From Paramicrosporidium saccamoebae KSL3 (lineage: Eukaryota > Fungi > Cryptomycota): a stretch of 32,000 nucleotides of DNA. The translations under genes and the position numbers were made by a program. The first letter of the stretch is position 1; every line of letters starts with the position of its first letter. The stretch lies in the NCBI GenBank assembly GCA_002794465.1, contig MTSL01000046.1, positions 2,578 to 34,577 of the forward strand. Direction: 5' to 3'. Shown piece after piece: positions 19,443 to 28,747 of the stretch. A model generated the notes under the pieces. That model saw only the letters and a program-made list of their open reading frames with translations, did no database searches and was not told the origin of the DNA.

Positions 19443-20498
19443 ATGAAGATTGTCCTGCCGCTACTTTTATTGTCATTCTGTAGCGGCGAAAATGCTGATG
19501 GCGGCTATCGACTGTCACTAAAGTCACGCAAAATGCCCGTCACTGTAATCCCTCCGCAGTATATGGGTGGTAAGGAATCGCCGGTGGTAAAGCTGGCGGA
19601 TTCTGGAATTCTGGAGATGGAAATCAACTTGGGCCAGCCCGCCCGTTCCGTCAACATGCTCTACGACTGCGCTGGGAGGGAAACTTTTCTCCCTGCTTCA
19701 CTGACCGCCAAGGGGACATCCTATTCCATGGTTATTACGCATCGTGGGACCTGGCGTGATTTGTTGAATATCGGCGGCCTCAAGGTCGAGCAAGAATTCC
19801 AATTCTATGATGAAGAAGTGGGCCGACTCGGGCTCAATGTGGACCAGACTGGCCAGCCGCTGTTCAACAACATTGTAAACAGACGGATGCTTGGGATGCA
19901 AATCTTTTCAACCCTTCTGACACGAGTCAATGGACAGCTGATGGGCGAATTGCGGGTTGGGGAACTTGAGAAGAGCTTAAAAGGTGCTCAACTGCGCTAT
20001 AACCAAGTACTGCTGGACGAATTGGGCTGGTCGCTCCGAGTCTTTGATGTCCGAATGGGGCAAGAATATCTTGGCTACAAGGGCCGTGTTGTGATTGACA
20101 CTCTGACTCCCTATGTTGTGGTCCCCGTGGTAATCTTTACCGCCATTGCCCAGCTCCTCAAGATGCCCATCATGCTGGACAAGGATGTCCTTATGGCAAA
20201 GCCTGTGCACTGCAAAGGTCTCCGCAAGCTCCCTCCACTTCACTTTGCCATTGAGACGGACGAATTTGTTTGGGATAGTGCCCACTACATTATATCCACG
20301 GACGACGGCCAATGTCGTCTGGCATTGGCAGGCTTTGATGCACATGTTGATGGCATGCCCGTATGGATCTTTGGAACGAGTTTTTTTGTGGATCGCGCAA
20401 CCGTCTTTGATTTACAAACTGGACACATTGGACTGACGGATTATGAGGCAGACGCGCGCCAGGACGAAGTGGTTATGCTCGTTAAAGATGCTCTGTAA
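19443..20498 (+). CDS. Secreted pepsin-fold (A1) aspartic-protease-like protein with degenerate active-site motifs
   Basis: Signal peptide MKIVLPLLLLSFCSG at ATG 19443. EINLGQPARSVNMLYDCAG, VVIDTLT and WIFGTSFF...VFDLQTGHIGL align with the pepsin scaffold. Confidence 0.75.
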   Translation: MKIVLPLLLLSFCSGENADGGYRLSLKSRKMPVTVIPPQYMGGKESPVVKLADSGILEMEINLGQPARSVNMLYDCAGRETFLPASLTAKGTSYSMVITHRGTWRDLLNIGGLKVEQEFQFYDEEVGRLGLNVDQTGQPLFNNIVNRRMLGMQIFSTLLTRVNGQLMGELRVGELEKSLKGAQLRYNQVLLDELGWSLRVFDVRMGQEYLGYKGRVVIDTLTPYVVVPVVIFTAIAQLLKMPIMLDKDVLMAKPVHCKGLRKLPPLHFAIETDEFVWDSAHYIISTDDGQCRLALAGFDAHVDGMPVWIFGTSFFVDRATVFDLQTGHIGLTDYEADARQDEVVMLVKDAL

Positions 20499-20669
20499 AT
20501 ATTTAGAATACAATAAAGATGCTCTGTAGATATTTAGAATACAATCAAGAGGCTCTGTAAATATTTATAATACAATAAAGGTGCTCTGTAGATATTTATA
20601 ATACAATCAAGATGCTCTGCAGATATTTATAATGCAATCAAAATGCTCTGTAGATATTTAGAATACAAA
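20484..20669. repeat. 31-bp minisatellite x6 that includes the stop codon and AATAAA
   Basis: Consensus (a/c)aagatgctctgta(g/a)atattta(g/t)aatacaat. Unit 1 encodes K-D-A-L-stop of the pepsin-like gene. Confidence 0.92.
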
Positions 20670-20678
20670 TCCCTTGGT

Positions 20679-21761
20679 CTATTTATGTAGGATCCTAGAT
20701 CTAGTAGACTTGCCGTGGAATGGATCGGTCTGTTCATTGCCACTTCTCAGCATGGCAACTGTCATGGCCTTGGCTTGCGCGTCGCGCCAAAATGTAAAAA
20801 TTTCCGAAGAGAGTCGCCTCCCCTCTGGCTCGTCTATGCAGAATGACAGATTCTCGTCATAGTAGCATTCGCTCAGAACTAGTGGGATTTCCGAGGCAAT
20901 ATCATACTGTGGCGGATCTGAGCATTTGGAAATGTCCAGAAGATGGTCAACCACCTCTGGAGGCTCTATTCCGCGTCCAACCAAAAACAAAATCTCCATT
21001 GTACAGCGCACCTGGTGGTAGAGGAAGGCACTGCCATGGATTTCATATTCGTACATTTCATTATCCAGTTTTCTGATGGTGGAGGAAAAGATTCGTCTGG
21101 TGAAAGAATTTACTGCCTTGTCAATGCGACAAAAATTACGAAAATCGTGCTCGCCCACCAGCTTGGCAGCCGCCTCTTCCATCCTTGTCAGATCCAATCC
21201 GAGTCCGTGGAAAAAGTACTTGTAACGACGTCCCCGACACGAGAAGCGTGCGTCGAAAGTGGATGGAATGGGTGACCAGCCTAACACGCGAATGTCATCG
21301 GGCAGTAGACGGTTGAGCATTGTGCACACTGGCACCTCCAACTCGTCAGTTTCGTGTTTCTGGCCGCTGGAGCGAATAGTTACAGCAACCACTTGCCCCG
21401 TTGCGCTCACGCCAGCATCCGTCCTCCCACACCGGGAATACTGACACGTCTTGGGCGACTCGATAAGTCTGGTTCTCATTAGGGCAGCAAAGAGCAAATC
21501 CTCTACTGTCACAACTGTCGGATTCCGGGTGCTCTCTGCGCCGTCCGGTTTATAGGACATTTGCGACGCAAAACCATTGTACTCCCAGCCAAAGTAAGCA
21601 ATCTTTAAGGCGATGCGTTTTGTCGGATACTGGGAAAAGTCAAGGGGCCGCTGTGGCTTGCTCTTCTTGACCGACTTGCCTTCCAAGGAATATATCCGCT
21701 GAATTAGCTGTTCATGCGTCCATTTCGAATAGTCCGTGTCCAAGAGAGCACGTCGCTTCAT
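20679..21761 (-). CDS. PUS3: tRNA pseudouridine(38/39) synthase, TruA family
   Basis: YSKWTHEQLIQRI, RIALKIAYFGWEYNGF, YSRCGRTDAGVSATGQV, FDARFSCRGRRYKY and GSAFLYHQVRC. The frame stays open up to ATG 21914, but 21761 fits the Deg1 N-terminus better. Confidence 0.93.
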   Translation of the reverse strand: MKRRALLDTDYSKWTHEQLIQRIYSLEGKSVKKSKPQRPLDFSQYPTKRIALKIAYFGWEYNGFASQMSYKPDGAESTRNPTVVTVEDLLFAALMRTRLIESPKTCQYSRCGRTDAGVSATGQVVAVTIRSSGQKHETDELEVPVCTMLNRLLPDDIRVLGWSPIPSTFDARFSCRGRRYKYFFHGLGLDLTRMEEAAAKLVGEHDFRNFCRIDKAVNSFTRRIFSSTIRKLDNEMYEYEIHGSAFLYHQVRCTMEILFLVGRGIEPPEVVDHLLDISKCSDPPQYDIASEIPLVLSECYYDENLSFCIDEPEGRRLSSEIFTFWRDAQAKAMTVAMLRSGNEQTDPFHGKSTRSRILHK

Positions 21762-22019
21762 ATAAGATCCCAAGACACGAAGAGCCCTCAGCCTGAAGTA
21801 AGGTAGGGTTGGGTAGGGTAGGATGAGATGGCGACCCCAGTAGCCGGATGTGGAATCCAGACAAATATGACGCAGGGTGGATTCTTTAATTCTGCTATAG
21901 ATAGAGACCATCATTTCTTGGGCACAAATAGCCGAATGTAAAGTAGGGTGGATTCATTGTTCTCGTTTATTACAAATGTAGTCAGGTTCCTTTGCGGCCA
22001 GATTCCTTTCATTGATTCT

Positions 22020-23489
22020 CTACTCTGATGGACCATTGCAAATATAGAATAGCATGTATGCGTTACATCGGACCACCTCTTGCCATGTGCAGGCAGAGAC
22101 ACAGGCATCGTCGATCCAGAACCATTGGTCTCGGCTCTTGATGAAGCAAGTATAATGGCCACTATCAAGATTTCCAACGTGACTTGTAACAGCAAAAAGA
22201 TGGTATCCATATTGGCCAGGACCATCGGTAGAGCCCGTCGCCATGAATGGTAGTAGAGAGAGATACTCTTCAAAATGGATGGCCGTGTCAATCTTGGTAG
22301 AGGACAGACCATGTTCAAAACGCTTGAGGTGGATGGACAAAATCTGGGGACTGGAACGGATGGTTAGTTGTTTTGCAATCTCGGGATGGTTCCGGTGACA
22401 TGCACTACAAATGTAGTTTCCAGCAGGGAGATGCTCCGCTCGGGTGAATCTGTGCAGACATTCCTCGAGGTCAAGACCATCCATGCTGGGAGGAATATCT
22501 AGCGATATATCCAGGAACGGATCCAGTGTTTCAGTGACATTTCCGCACTGCAGACAGGTCAAGTCGGATTGGAGGACGCCGGAGAATATCCGATGCACAA
22601 CACAGCTGCAATTGTACATGGCTCCTTCCAGGTGGGTGTGGAGAGTATTCCGCATGGTCACAAATAGCTCATGGGCGTCCTGTTGTTCGTAGCCCGCAAG
22701 ATCCTTGGATATCCTCCACAGCGATTCCAGCATCCTGTTGGGCGCAATTGGAATGTCGCCTCCATCGTACATTCGACAGAATATAGAGTCCATTTCGCAC
22801 GCAATACAAGCTTCGTTGGATCTTGCCCTTGGACACGTCTTGGCCAAATGCAATGGCCCATCCGGAGCCAAAAAGAATTTTCTGAGAGGTTCAATGTGCA
22901 GTATGGTCTGGAGGATGCAATTCATAAAGCATGTATTTCCCAAATTATAAAGCCCCCGAATGTTTCCACAGTGACGCTTTGCCGTCTCGCCACTCTCTGC
23001 AATCCAGGTCTGCACTTTGTCGAATTGCGCAATTGTCTGGCTGGCATCCGAGTTGGACTGTCTACTTTCCAACCACACCGAGGCCATCAGGTCGTTCCAA
23101 ACCCATACCTTACAAACTGAGCAGAACATGGCGCCACTCTGGATTTCTATAGACAATGCGTGCCCCGACTCTGAACTGTGTGTCTGCTGATGGTTTGCTG
23201 GATGGCCACAGGCGACCCGCGGACACTGCAGACACACTTGCAATGGCGACTGATAGGCTGCACATTCTGCACAACACAGAGCCTCGCAGCCCCAATGAAG
23301 CCGACGGGCCACAGTATGGTACATTTTCAAAAAGTCGCTCATGGACGACAGATGTTTGCAACGTATCAAAGCCGGCACGTCATTTTGGCTGGGTTGTGTG
23401 TTGGAAATGGCCGAAACTGAAGAGGCCTCATCAGCTTCAGAGATTGGTGCTGCTGCCACTTTGGTGGGACTTGATTTTTTCGATCCCAT
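22020..23489 (-). CDS. UBP8: Ubiquitin C-terminal hydrolase USP22/Ubp8-like (SAGA DUB)
   Basis: N-terminal ZnF-UBP-like Cys/His pattern, Cys box GLYNLGNTCFMNCILQ, QQDAHE, and His box HVGNLDSGHY. Confidence 0.88.
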   Translation of the reverse strand: MGSKKSSPTKVAAAPISEADEASSVSAISNTQPSQNDVPALIRCKHLSSMSDFLKMYHTVARRLHWGCEALCCAECAAYQSPLQVCLQCPRVACGHPANHQQTHSSESGHALSIEIQSGAMFCSVCKVWVWNDLMASVWLESRQSNSDASQTIAQFDKVQTWIAESGETAKRHCGNIRGLYNLGNTCFMNCILQTILHIEPLRKFFLAPDGPLHLAKTCPRARSNEACIACEMDSIFCRMYDGGDIPIAPNRMLESLWRISKDLAGYEQQDAHELFVTMRNTLHTHLEGAMYNCSCVVHRIFSGVLQSDLTCLQCGNVTETLDPFLDISLDIPPSMDGLDLEECLHRFTRAEHLPAGNYICSACHRNHPEIAKQLTIRSSPQILSIHLKRFEHGLSSTKIDTAIHFEEYLSLLPFMATGSTDGPGQYGYHLFAVTSHVGNLDSGHYTCFIKSRDQWFWIDDACVSACTWQEVVRCNAYMLFYICNGPSE

Positions 23490-23677
23490 TAAACCATTTT
23501 CATTTCGTATTAGTGTAGTGTTATTGCTGTAGAGGGAGTGGGGGTGTAGGTAAAGGGAGTGTGAATAGTATTAGTGGTGATGATGTTGGTATTGGTATTG
23601 GTATTGAGATATGTTACGATATAATGTGGCATAATATAATACTAGGACGCTTTATGACATGCCATAATATTGAAATA

Positions 23678-23827
23678 TGCCATGGCATGATATTGCACAA
23701 CACGGCAGGGTACTCCACGACAAAGCACAACACAACACTACACAGCACAGCACAACACATCACACCAAACCACACCACACCACATCACACCAAACCACAC
23801 CACACCACATCACATCACCATACAACA
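23678..23827. repeat. Degenerate pentamer array (NNNCA/NNNTA)x30
   Basis: The 150 bp parse into 30 pentamers, all ending CA (27) or TA (3). It includes a 25-bp repeat catcacaccaaaccacaccacacca x2. Confidence 0.85.
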
Positions 23828-23904
23828 CTCTCAAAGTCGCCCTATAGGATAGAGTGTTTACATCACTAAATCTTGTGTGATTGGCCAACAAGAAGCTTTG
23901 CTCA

Positions 23905-24319
23905 ATGGGCATCGTCCTCAGACAATATCTCGATAGTTCGTCAGTCGTAACTTGTCGACAGTGTCGGACACACCTTACTGAACCGGATGAGGTCATCTCT
24001 AAAGAGTTCCAGGGACAACATGGTCGGGCGTACCTTTATGCGACAGTGTATTCCAGGCTCAGTGTGCTCACATGTAGGATCAACGTGGTTGAGGGCGAGC
24101 CGGCAGCAAAGACAATGACTACAGGACAGCACGTAGTGTCAGACATTTCATGCACCTATTGTGGAATCAAGATTGGCTGGAAATATGTAACCATGCTCTG
24201 GAACCTTAATTTTCTAGATCAAGGCCACTGAGCCGTCGCAGAAATACAAAGTCGGACATTTTATTCTCGAACGAGCACTCATTTCTGAAATGGAACAAAC
24301 TGATGCCGTCCGGTTATAA
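23905..24319 (+). CDS. Yippee/YPEL/Moh1 family zinc-binding protein
   Basis: Exons 23905-24047, 24078-24186 and 24218-24319 give 117 aa. Motifs CRQCRTHL, SKEFQGQHGRAYL, MTTGQHVVSDISCTYC and GWKY|IKATEPSQKYKVGHFILE. Confidence 0.95.
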
Positions 24320-24343
24320 GCACTAATAAATTTCCCTTTCTGC

Positions 24344-24736
24344 ATGTATTTTTGGCGGAGTATCCCGAGGGGCCTTGGGAAGTGGTCCAGCACGCGGCCT
24401 GGAGCACGGTTTGGCTCTACGCATGCAAAGGAACAATTTAACGAACCAGGTGGTAATCTCTTTGGCCGCATAGTAGTGTTTCCATTTTTCTTCAACCTGT
24501 AGCCCGGCAAAGCATATCCTGTGGATTGGGCAGACCGCATATACTCTATCTTTTATCTAGGCGGACTGGCCGTCTTTGTTTTCCTCTACCAATACAAGCC
24601 CGACACTGAGTATCCATTGTCGCATTACTAAGTGTCTAGTCCGTACAAGTGGGCGAGGAGAGAGGCTCTGAAGCGTATGAAGGAGCGTGGTGTGGATCTG
24701 GACGAATATCGTTACAGACTGCCTCAAGTGTATTAG
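24344..24736 (+). CDS. NDUFB11: NADH:ubiquinone oxidoreductase ESSS subunit (NDUFB11-like); absent from the ORF track
   Basis: Exons 24344-24472, 24503-24609 and 24640-24736 (two 30-bp introns). Arg/Ser-rich presequence, NEPGGNLFG..PG, one TM helix, then YKPDTDPYKWARREALKR, matching the fungal ESSS pattern KPDTSIQTWA..EA..R. Confidence 0.85.
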
Positions 24737-24935
24737 CCAAAACTAAACTATTTCTTAAGATTTGGAATATTAAAGACGCCATAATCGTAGAATGGACGCC
24801 CCGAAGCGTATAGAGGAGCGTAGAGTGGATCTGGACAAATATCGTTACAGACTGCCTCAAGTGTATTAGCCAAAACTAAACTATTTCTTAAGATTTGGAA
24901 TATTAAACGACGTCATGATTGTAGAATAGACGCCC
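24670..24935. repeat. 133-bp tandem duplication spanning the 3' ends of two convergent genes
   Basis: Units 24670-24802 and 24803-~24935. The NDUFB11 stop occurs at 24736 and 24869; the kinesin-like stop occurs at 24748 and 24881. Confidence 0.95.
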
Positions 24936-27506
24936 GGATCAACATTTCGTCGCTCCTTTCCGAGGGTGGTCGTGGCTTCAGTTGCTTTTGTACGGTCGGG
25001 GAGTTTTATGCGCTTGCGGCTGTCGTCCTGGTTGAATGAGAGACCAGCAAGGATGTTTTCAGTTCCAGATGGCTTCCTGACGACGCCAGGAATAAAAGCC
25101 GATGGCTTCCAGACCTTTGCAGGACTGACGCCGGTCTGTAATGCCTGTGATTTCTGTGGGGTCCCAGGAATAACAACTTCCTCCTCCTCGATGGTTGTCT
25201 TGGTCGTCTTTTTTGATCCAGCCGATTTGGTTGGTTTCACCGTCTCGGCTTTGGGTTCAATCGATTTGCCAACTTTTTCTGGTTCGGTTCGTTTGGAAGT
25301 CTTGGTAGCTTCTGGTTCGGCTTGTTTGACAGTCTCGGCAACTTCTGGTTCAATCTTTTGTAATTCAACCTCTGCCTTTCTTGGTCGCCCTCTTGGCTTT
25401 GGTGCAGCTTTGATGGGCTCTGTTACCCGCCGAAGTCTACTAACGATTGGTTCAACATTTGCTGCAGGCTTGGTCGACTGCTTACCTGAATGTTTAGCCA
25501 GCTGCTTAGCCGGATGCTTAACCGGACTATCCACTACGCTTTCTGCACCTGCCTCATCCTCTACACTGGTATCACTCTCAGACTCCACAGGGGCAATCTT
25601 TGACTTTTTGGCAACCACTGGCTTTGCAATAATTGAGGAAGCCTCCTTTTCTTTAATCAAGACTCGTAAATCTTCCATCACATTTTGCATCGCATCTCGC
25701 TCGTGCTGCCACTTTTCCTCCATTGCCTTGATCGTCCTGCTGATCTCTGGGGACTGGGGTTTTCTGGACAAGACTTCAAGTTTTGCCTGTAGAGTCACGT
25801 TCTCAATCTTCAGGGCACCCAGCTTGGACTCTAGCTCTTTTACTGTGGTCTGGAATGTATCTGCTTTGCTCTCAAGACTGGCAAGCTTCTTTTGAAGCAT
25901 AACCTCGGACGATTTTGTCTTTTTGAGGTCAGCTTCAAGCTCTGCCAACTCTTTGGATTGTCCCTTTAATCGTTTCGAATCCTCTGCCGAGGTAGACTCG
26001 ACACTGGACTTTGCCTTTTCCAAGGCGGAAATTTGCATTTCCAGTGTCTGGATCTTGCTTGTGGCCGAGGAAAGGCTTGATTGCAGACTCTGCTTTTCCT
26101 TCTGCGTCACTTGGAGACTCTTCTGGGCAGTATCGAGCCGGCCAGTTAGACCATCAATTTCTGCCTTGAATTCGTTCTCAATCTTTTCCTTTTCCGACAC
26201 GGACGAACGAAGGCGCTCCTCCAACGCCGACAGCTGATGCTGCTTAATCTCCATTTCTGCAAGAAGCAAGAGCCGTTCGTGTTCCATACATACTAGATCA
26301 ATCTCGCACTGACGAATTCGCTCGTGAACCTGCAATCTCTCCATGCTGAGACGGCTCATTTCGTATTCAAATTCCCAATTCTGGCGGCTTCCTTTAAATC
26401 CAGAAGTTTCCTGCTCTGATAACAGGTCTTCGCGTTGAAGTTCTGTCAGATGTAGGGCCTTCTTTAGCTGTTTCAGCTCGCGACGAACGGCGCGGTGTTC
26501 GAGTTCAAGCCGACCATGCGTTTCAACGAGGACAGCGAGTTCGCACATTTCGGGCGATTCGAGGAGCGGAGTAGGATGATTCTTGATCCGTCGCATAGCC
26601 GAGAGGAGTTGAGTAAAGCTTTGTAAATGACGAGCAACTGCGGTGCGAGGTAAATCAGCCACCACCAGAGTCATCCACGAACCACCAAAACACGGCTCAA
26701 TCAGCGAAGAAAGGAAGGACGACTGTGTCCGCGTGTCTTGTGCAACGACTTCTTGGCTCAGATTTAGAATTGTAGACCCTAACATGTTAGTTCGCCAAGG
26801 TTCAGCGTTTTTACAGAGTTGGGCGAGCGACTTTTCTAGCTGAGATCCAGTTGAGATGCAGCCCAGATCGGCAAGCACAAGAGTAGACATGGCTCCGGGA
26901 AGAGTAGTGTCGCTTGGTCGCACAAACAAGCGTACCAACAAGACACAGGGTAGAGAATAGCCCTGTTGCAGCGAGTCAATGATAGACTTTGTCGAGTCAG
27001 CTGCGCCAAGAGGACTCCAGTCTTCCAATTTTTGCACGTCTGCCAACAATTTCCGTTCATAGGACGCCAAGTCAATACAACTGGTGTCACTAACGCCAAA
27101 CATGGAGAACGAAAGCGAAATATTGTGTTCTTTTTGCTCATCCAGCTTTTCTTGGAGCAATTCCAAAATGTGCTGGAGTAGAGTACAGAACGAGCCCACC
27201 TTTTCCGCTTCTCCTCCCATGCAGATGACGCTGCACGAAATTCCATGGAGTAGGTTTTGCAGCAGTTTTGGGATATTGGCTTTTGCGGAGAAGAGCGGCT
27301 CTACGGGATTGTCCAAGCAAAGGTCGTATTCATGACTAAAGTTTGATCAAGTGACATTGGGAATACGTAGTGGAGGACTCTTCGGTGCTCACCACAACTG
27401 CACTGCCACCGCTTAATTCGATAGCAGCTCTTGACGCTGGGAGGTGTCCAACAATGCTGGTGGCATCTTTGACGCGCACCGCTACCTGTACATTCGCCTG
27501 GCGCAT
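24881..27506 (-). CDS. Highly divergent kinesin-like protein (degenerate motor domain, coiled coil and low-complexity tail)
   Basis: Exon 27506 (or 27521)-27367 contains ANVQVAVRVK; a 31-bp intron follows at 27366-27336, then exon 27335-24881. GISCSVICMG, LVLADLG, SSFLSSLIEPCFGGSWMTLVV and AMRRIKNHP correspond to kinesin GYNGTIFAYG, LVDLAGSE, SKLTRLLQDSLGGNSKT and RAKNIKNKP. Confidence 0.75.
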
Positions 27507-27546
27507 TAACCAATCAAACATTCCCGCCACAAATTTATTATTACAT

Positions 27547-28446
27547 CTAACGGTAAATCACGAATATTATGAAAGCTGCCAGCGCCAGTAGTAGGATAAT
27601 AATGAGGACAGCTGTGAAAATTGACGAGTAAGAGGCCGATTTCTTGCGTCGTTCTTCAGTGGGATTCTGTGCCTCTACATCAACGAGACCGATGCCGCTG
27701 CGATCTGCCGATGGCCCGATCACGATGGGCTTGACCTCTGGGGAGCTATTGCTATCGTCAAATTTGACACTTTTCTTAATGGGTGGCTCGTCGATGGCGA
27801 CTTTTGTGTTAGTTGGGGACGTTAAGGGGACTGGCGAGGTTGAGGGGACTGGTGAGGTAGAGGGTGATGAGGTAGAGGGTGGTGAGGGGAGCGGTAAGGC
27901 TGAGGATGATGAGGGGGCTGGTGAGGTTGGGGGTGAGGTAGAGGGTGATGAGGGGGTTGGAGGAACTGGAGAAACTGGTGCGGTCGAGGGTACGGTGACT
28001 TTGTCACTAATTTCCACCTGTGTCATTTCTTCAGGATTTGCAAAAGTATCGTCTTTGTCATTACTGTGATCAGATTGGGGTGAAGTGGCCTTTCCTGGTG
28101 TTCGGATACCAGGAGCATCTGTAGCAATCCATTCCGGACTCTTTAGCTCTGGAGACACTGCTATGGGGAAAATTGGCATCGGAGACGACAATGGGGACAC
28201 TGCCACTGGAGATGTTGGAGGTATTCTTTTTGGTGCTACATCTGTATGCTCCGAATCTGAATCCTTTTCCGTTCCCATCACTTTGTTCGCTCTAGCCGTT
28301 TCATCTACTTGTTCAATGGGGTCCTCGAACACTGGTTCCTCATATATGGGATGCTCTTTATGCTGCCGATTATACAGACTGTCAATAAAGTCGTCAATCT
28401 TTCCAAATCGGCGAACATTGTGCGACTTTTCCCCCGGATCGCTCAT
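27547..28446 (-). CDS. Hypothetical Pro/Ser/Thr-rich protein with a C-terminal transmembrane anchor
   Basis: First ATG is at 28446 (frame open to 28668, GTG). PST repeats (STSPVP, PSSPST), then RRKK followed by a hydrophobic helix ending 2 residues before the stop. Confidence 0.65.
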   Translation of the reverse strand: MSDPGEKSHNVRRFGKIDDFIDSLYNRQHKEHPIYEEPVFEDPIEQVDETARANKVMGTEKDSDSEHTDVAPKRIPPTSPVAVSPLSSPMPIFPIAVSPELKSPEWIATDAPGIRTPGKATSPQSDHSNDKDDTFANPEEMTQVEISDKVTVPSTAPVSPVPPTPSSPSTSPPTSPAPSSSSALPLPSPPSTSSPSTSPVPSTSPVPLTSPTNTKVAIDEPPIKKSVKFDDSNSSPEVKPIVIGPSADRSGIGLVDVEAQNPTEERRKKSASYSSIFTAVLIIILLLALAAFIIFVIYR

Positions 28447-28747
28447 ACCGCTTCGTCTCGAGGGGGCGCTAGCCTTGCTAATGTATAGACCATGTGATTG
28501 GAGAGTACCAAGATGGACCCAATCAGAATTCGTTCCCGGCAATTTGATTGGACAGCCCACTGAATTGGAGTGTCCGCTTATGAGGGGGATTTCAATCCAG
28601 ATAATCACTTCCCTCCACAGGTCAGCCCTGTTTGTGAGTGAGTACACGTTGAATAAACAATCTTTCACTCGGACTCGACAGCAATTACCACTGGCCTATA
28701 CCGTGATCGATCTGTTATAGAAAAAATGGCATTATTCGTAAATTTCC

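Noticed and set aside
20484-20669. 31-bp and 29-bp (8221) arrays as CRISPR-like arrays
   Set aside because: The units are contiguous with no unique spacers, there are no cas genes, and the context is eukaryotic with introns.
20640-20712. Possible final 31-bp intron in PUS3 extending the CDS into the minisatellite
   Set aside because: A GT...AG pair exists but the branch site is weak, and the unspliced frame already ends normally; it cannot be supported without RNA data.
23586-23606. (GGTATT)3 as a telomere-like seed
   Set aside because: There are only three units, it is internal, and it is not a known telomeric repeat for this group.
24966-28720. Long plus-strand ORFs such as 24966-25895, 27644-28069 and 28085-28720
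   Set aside because: They are antisense shadows of low-complexity minus-strand genes and have no independent motifs.
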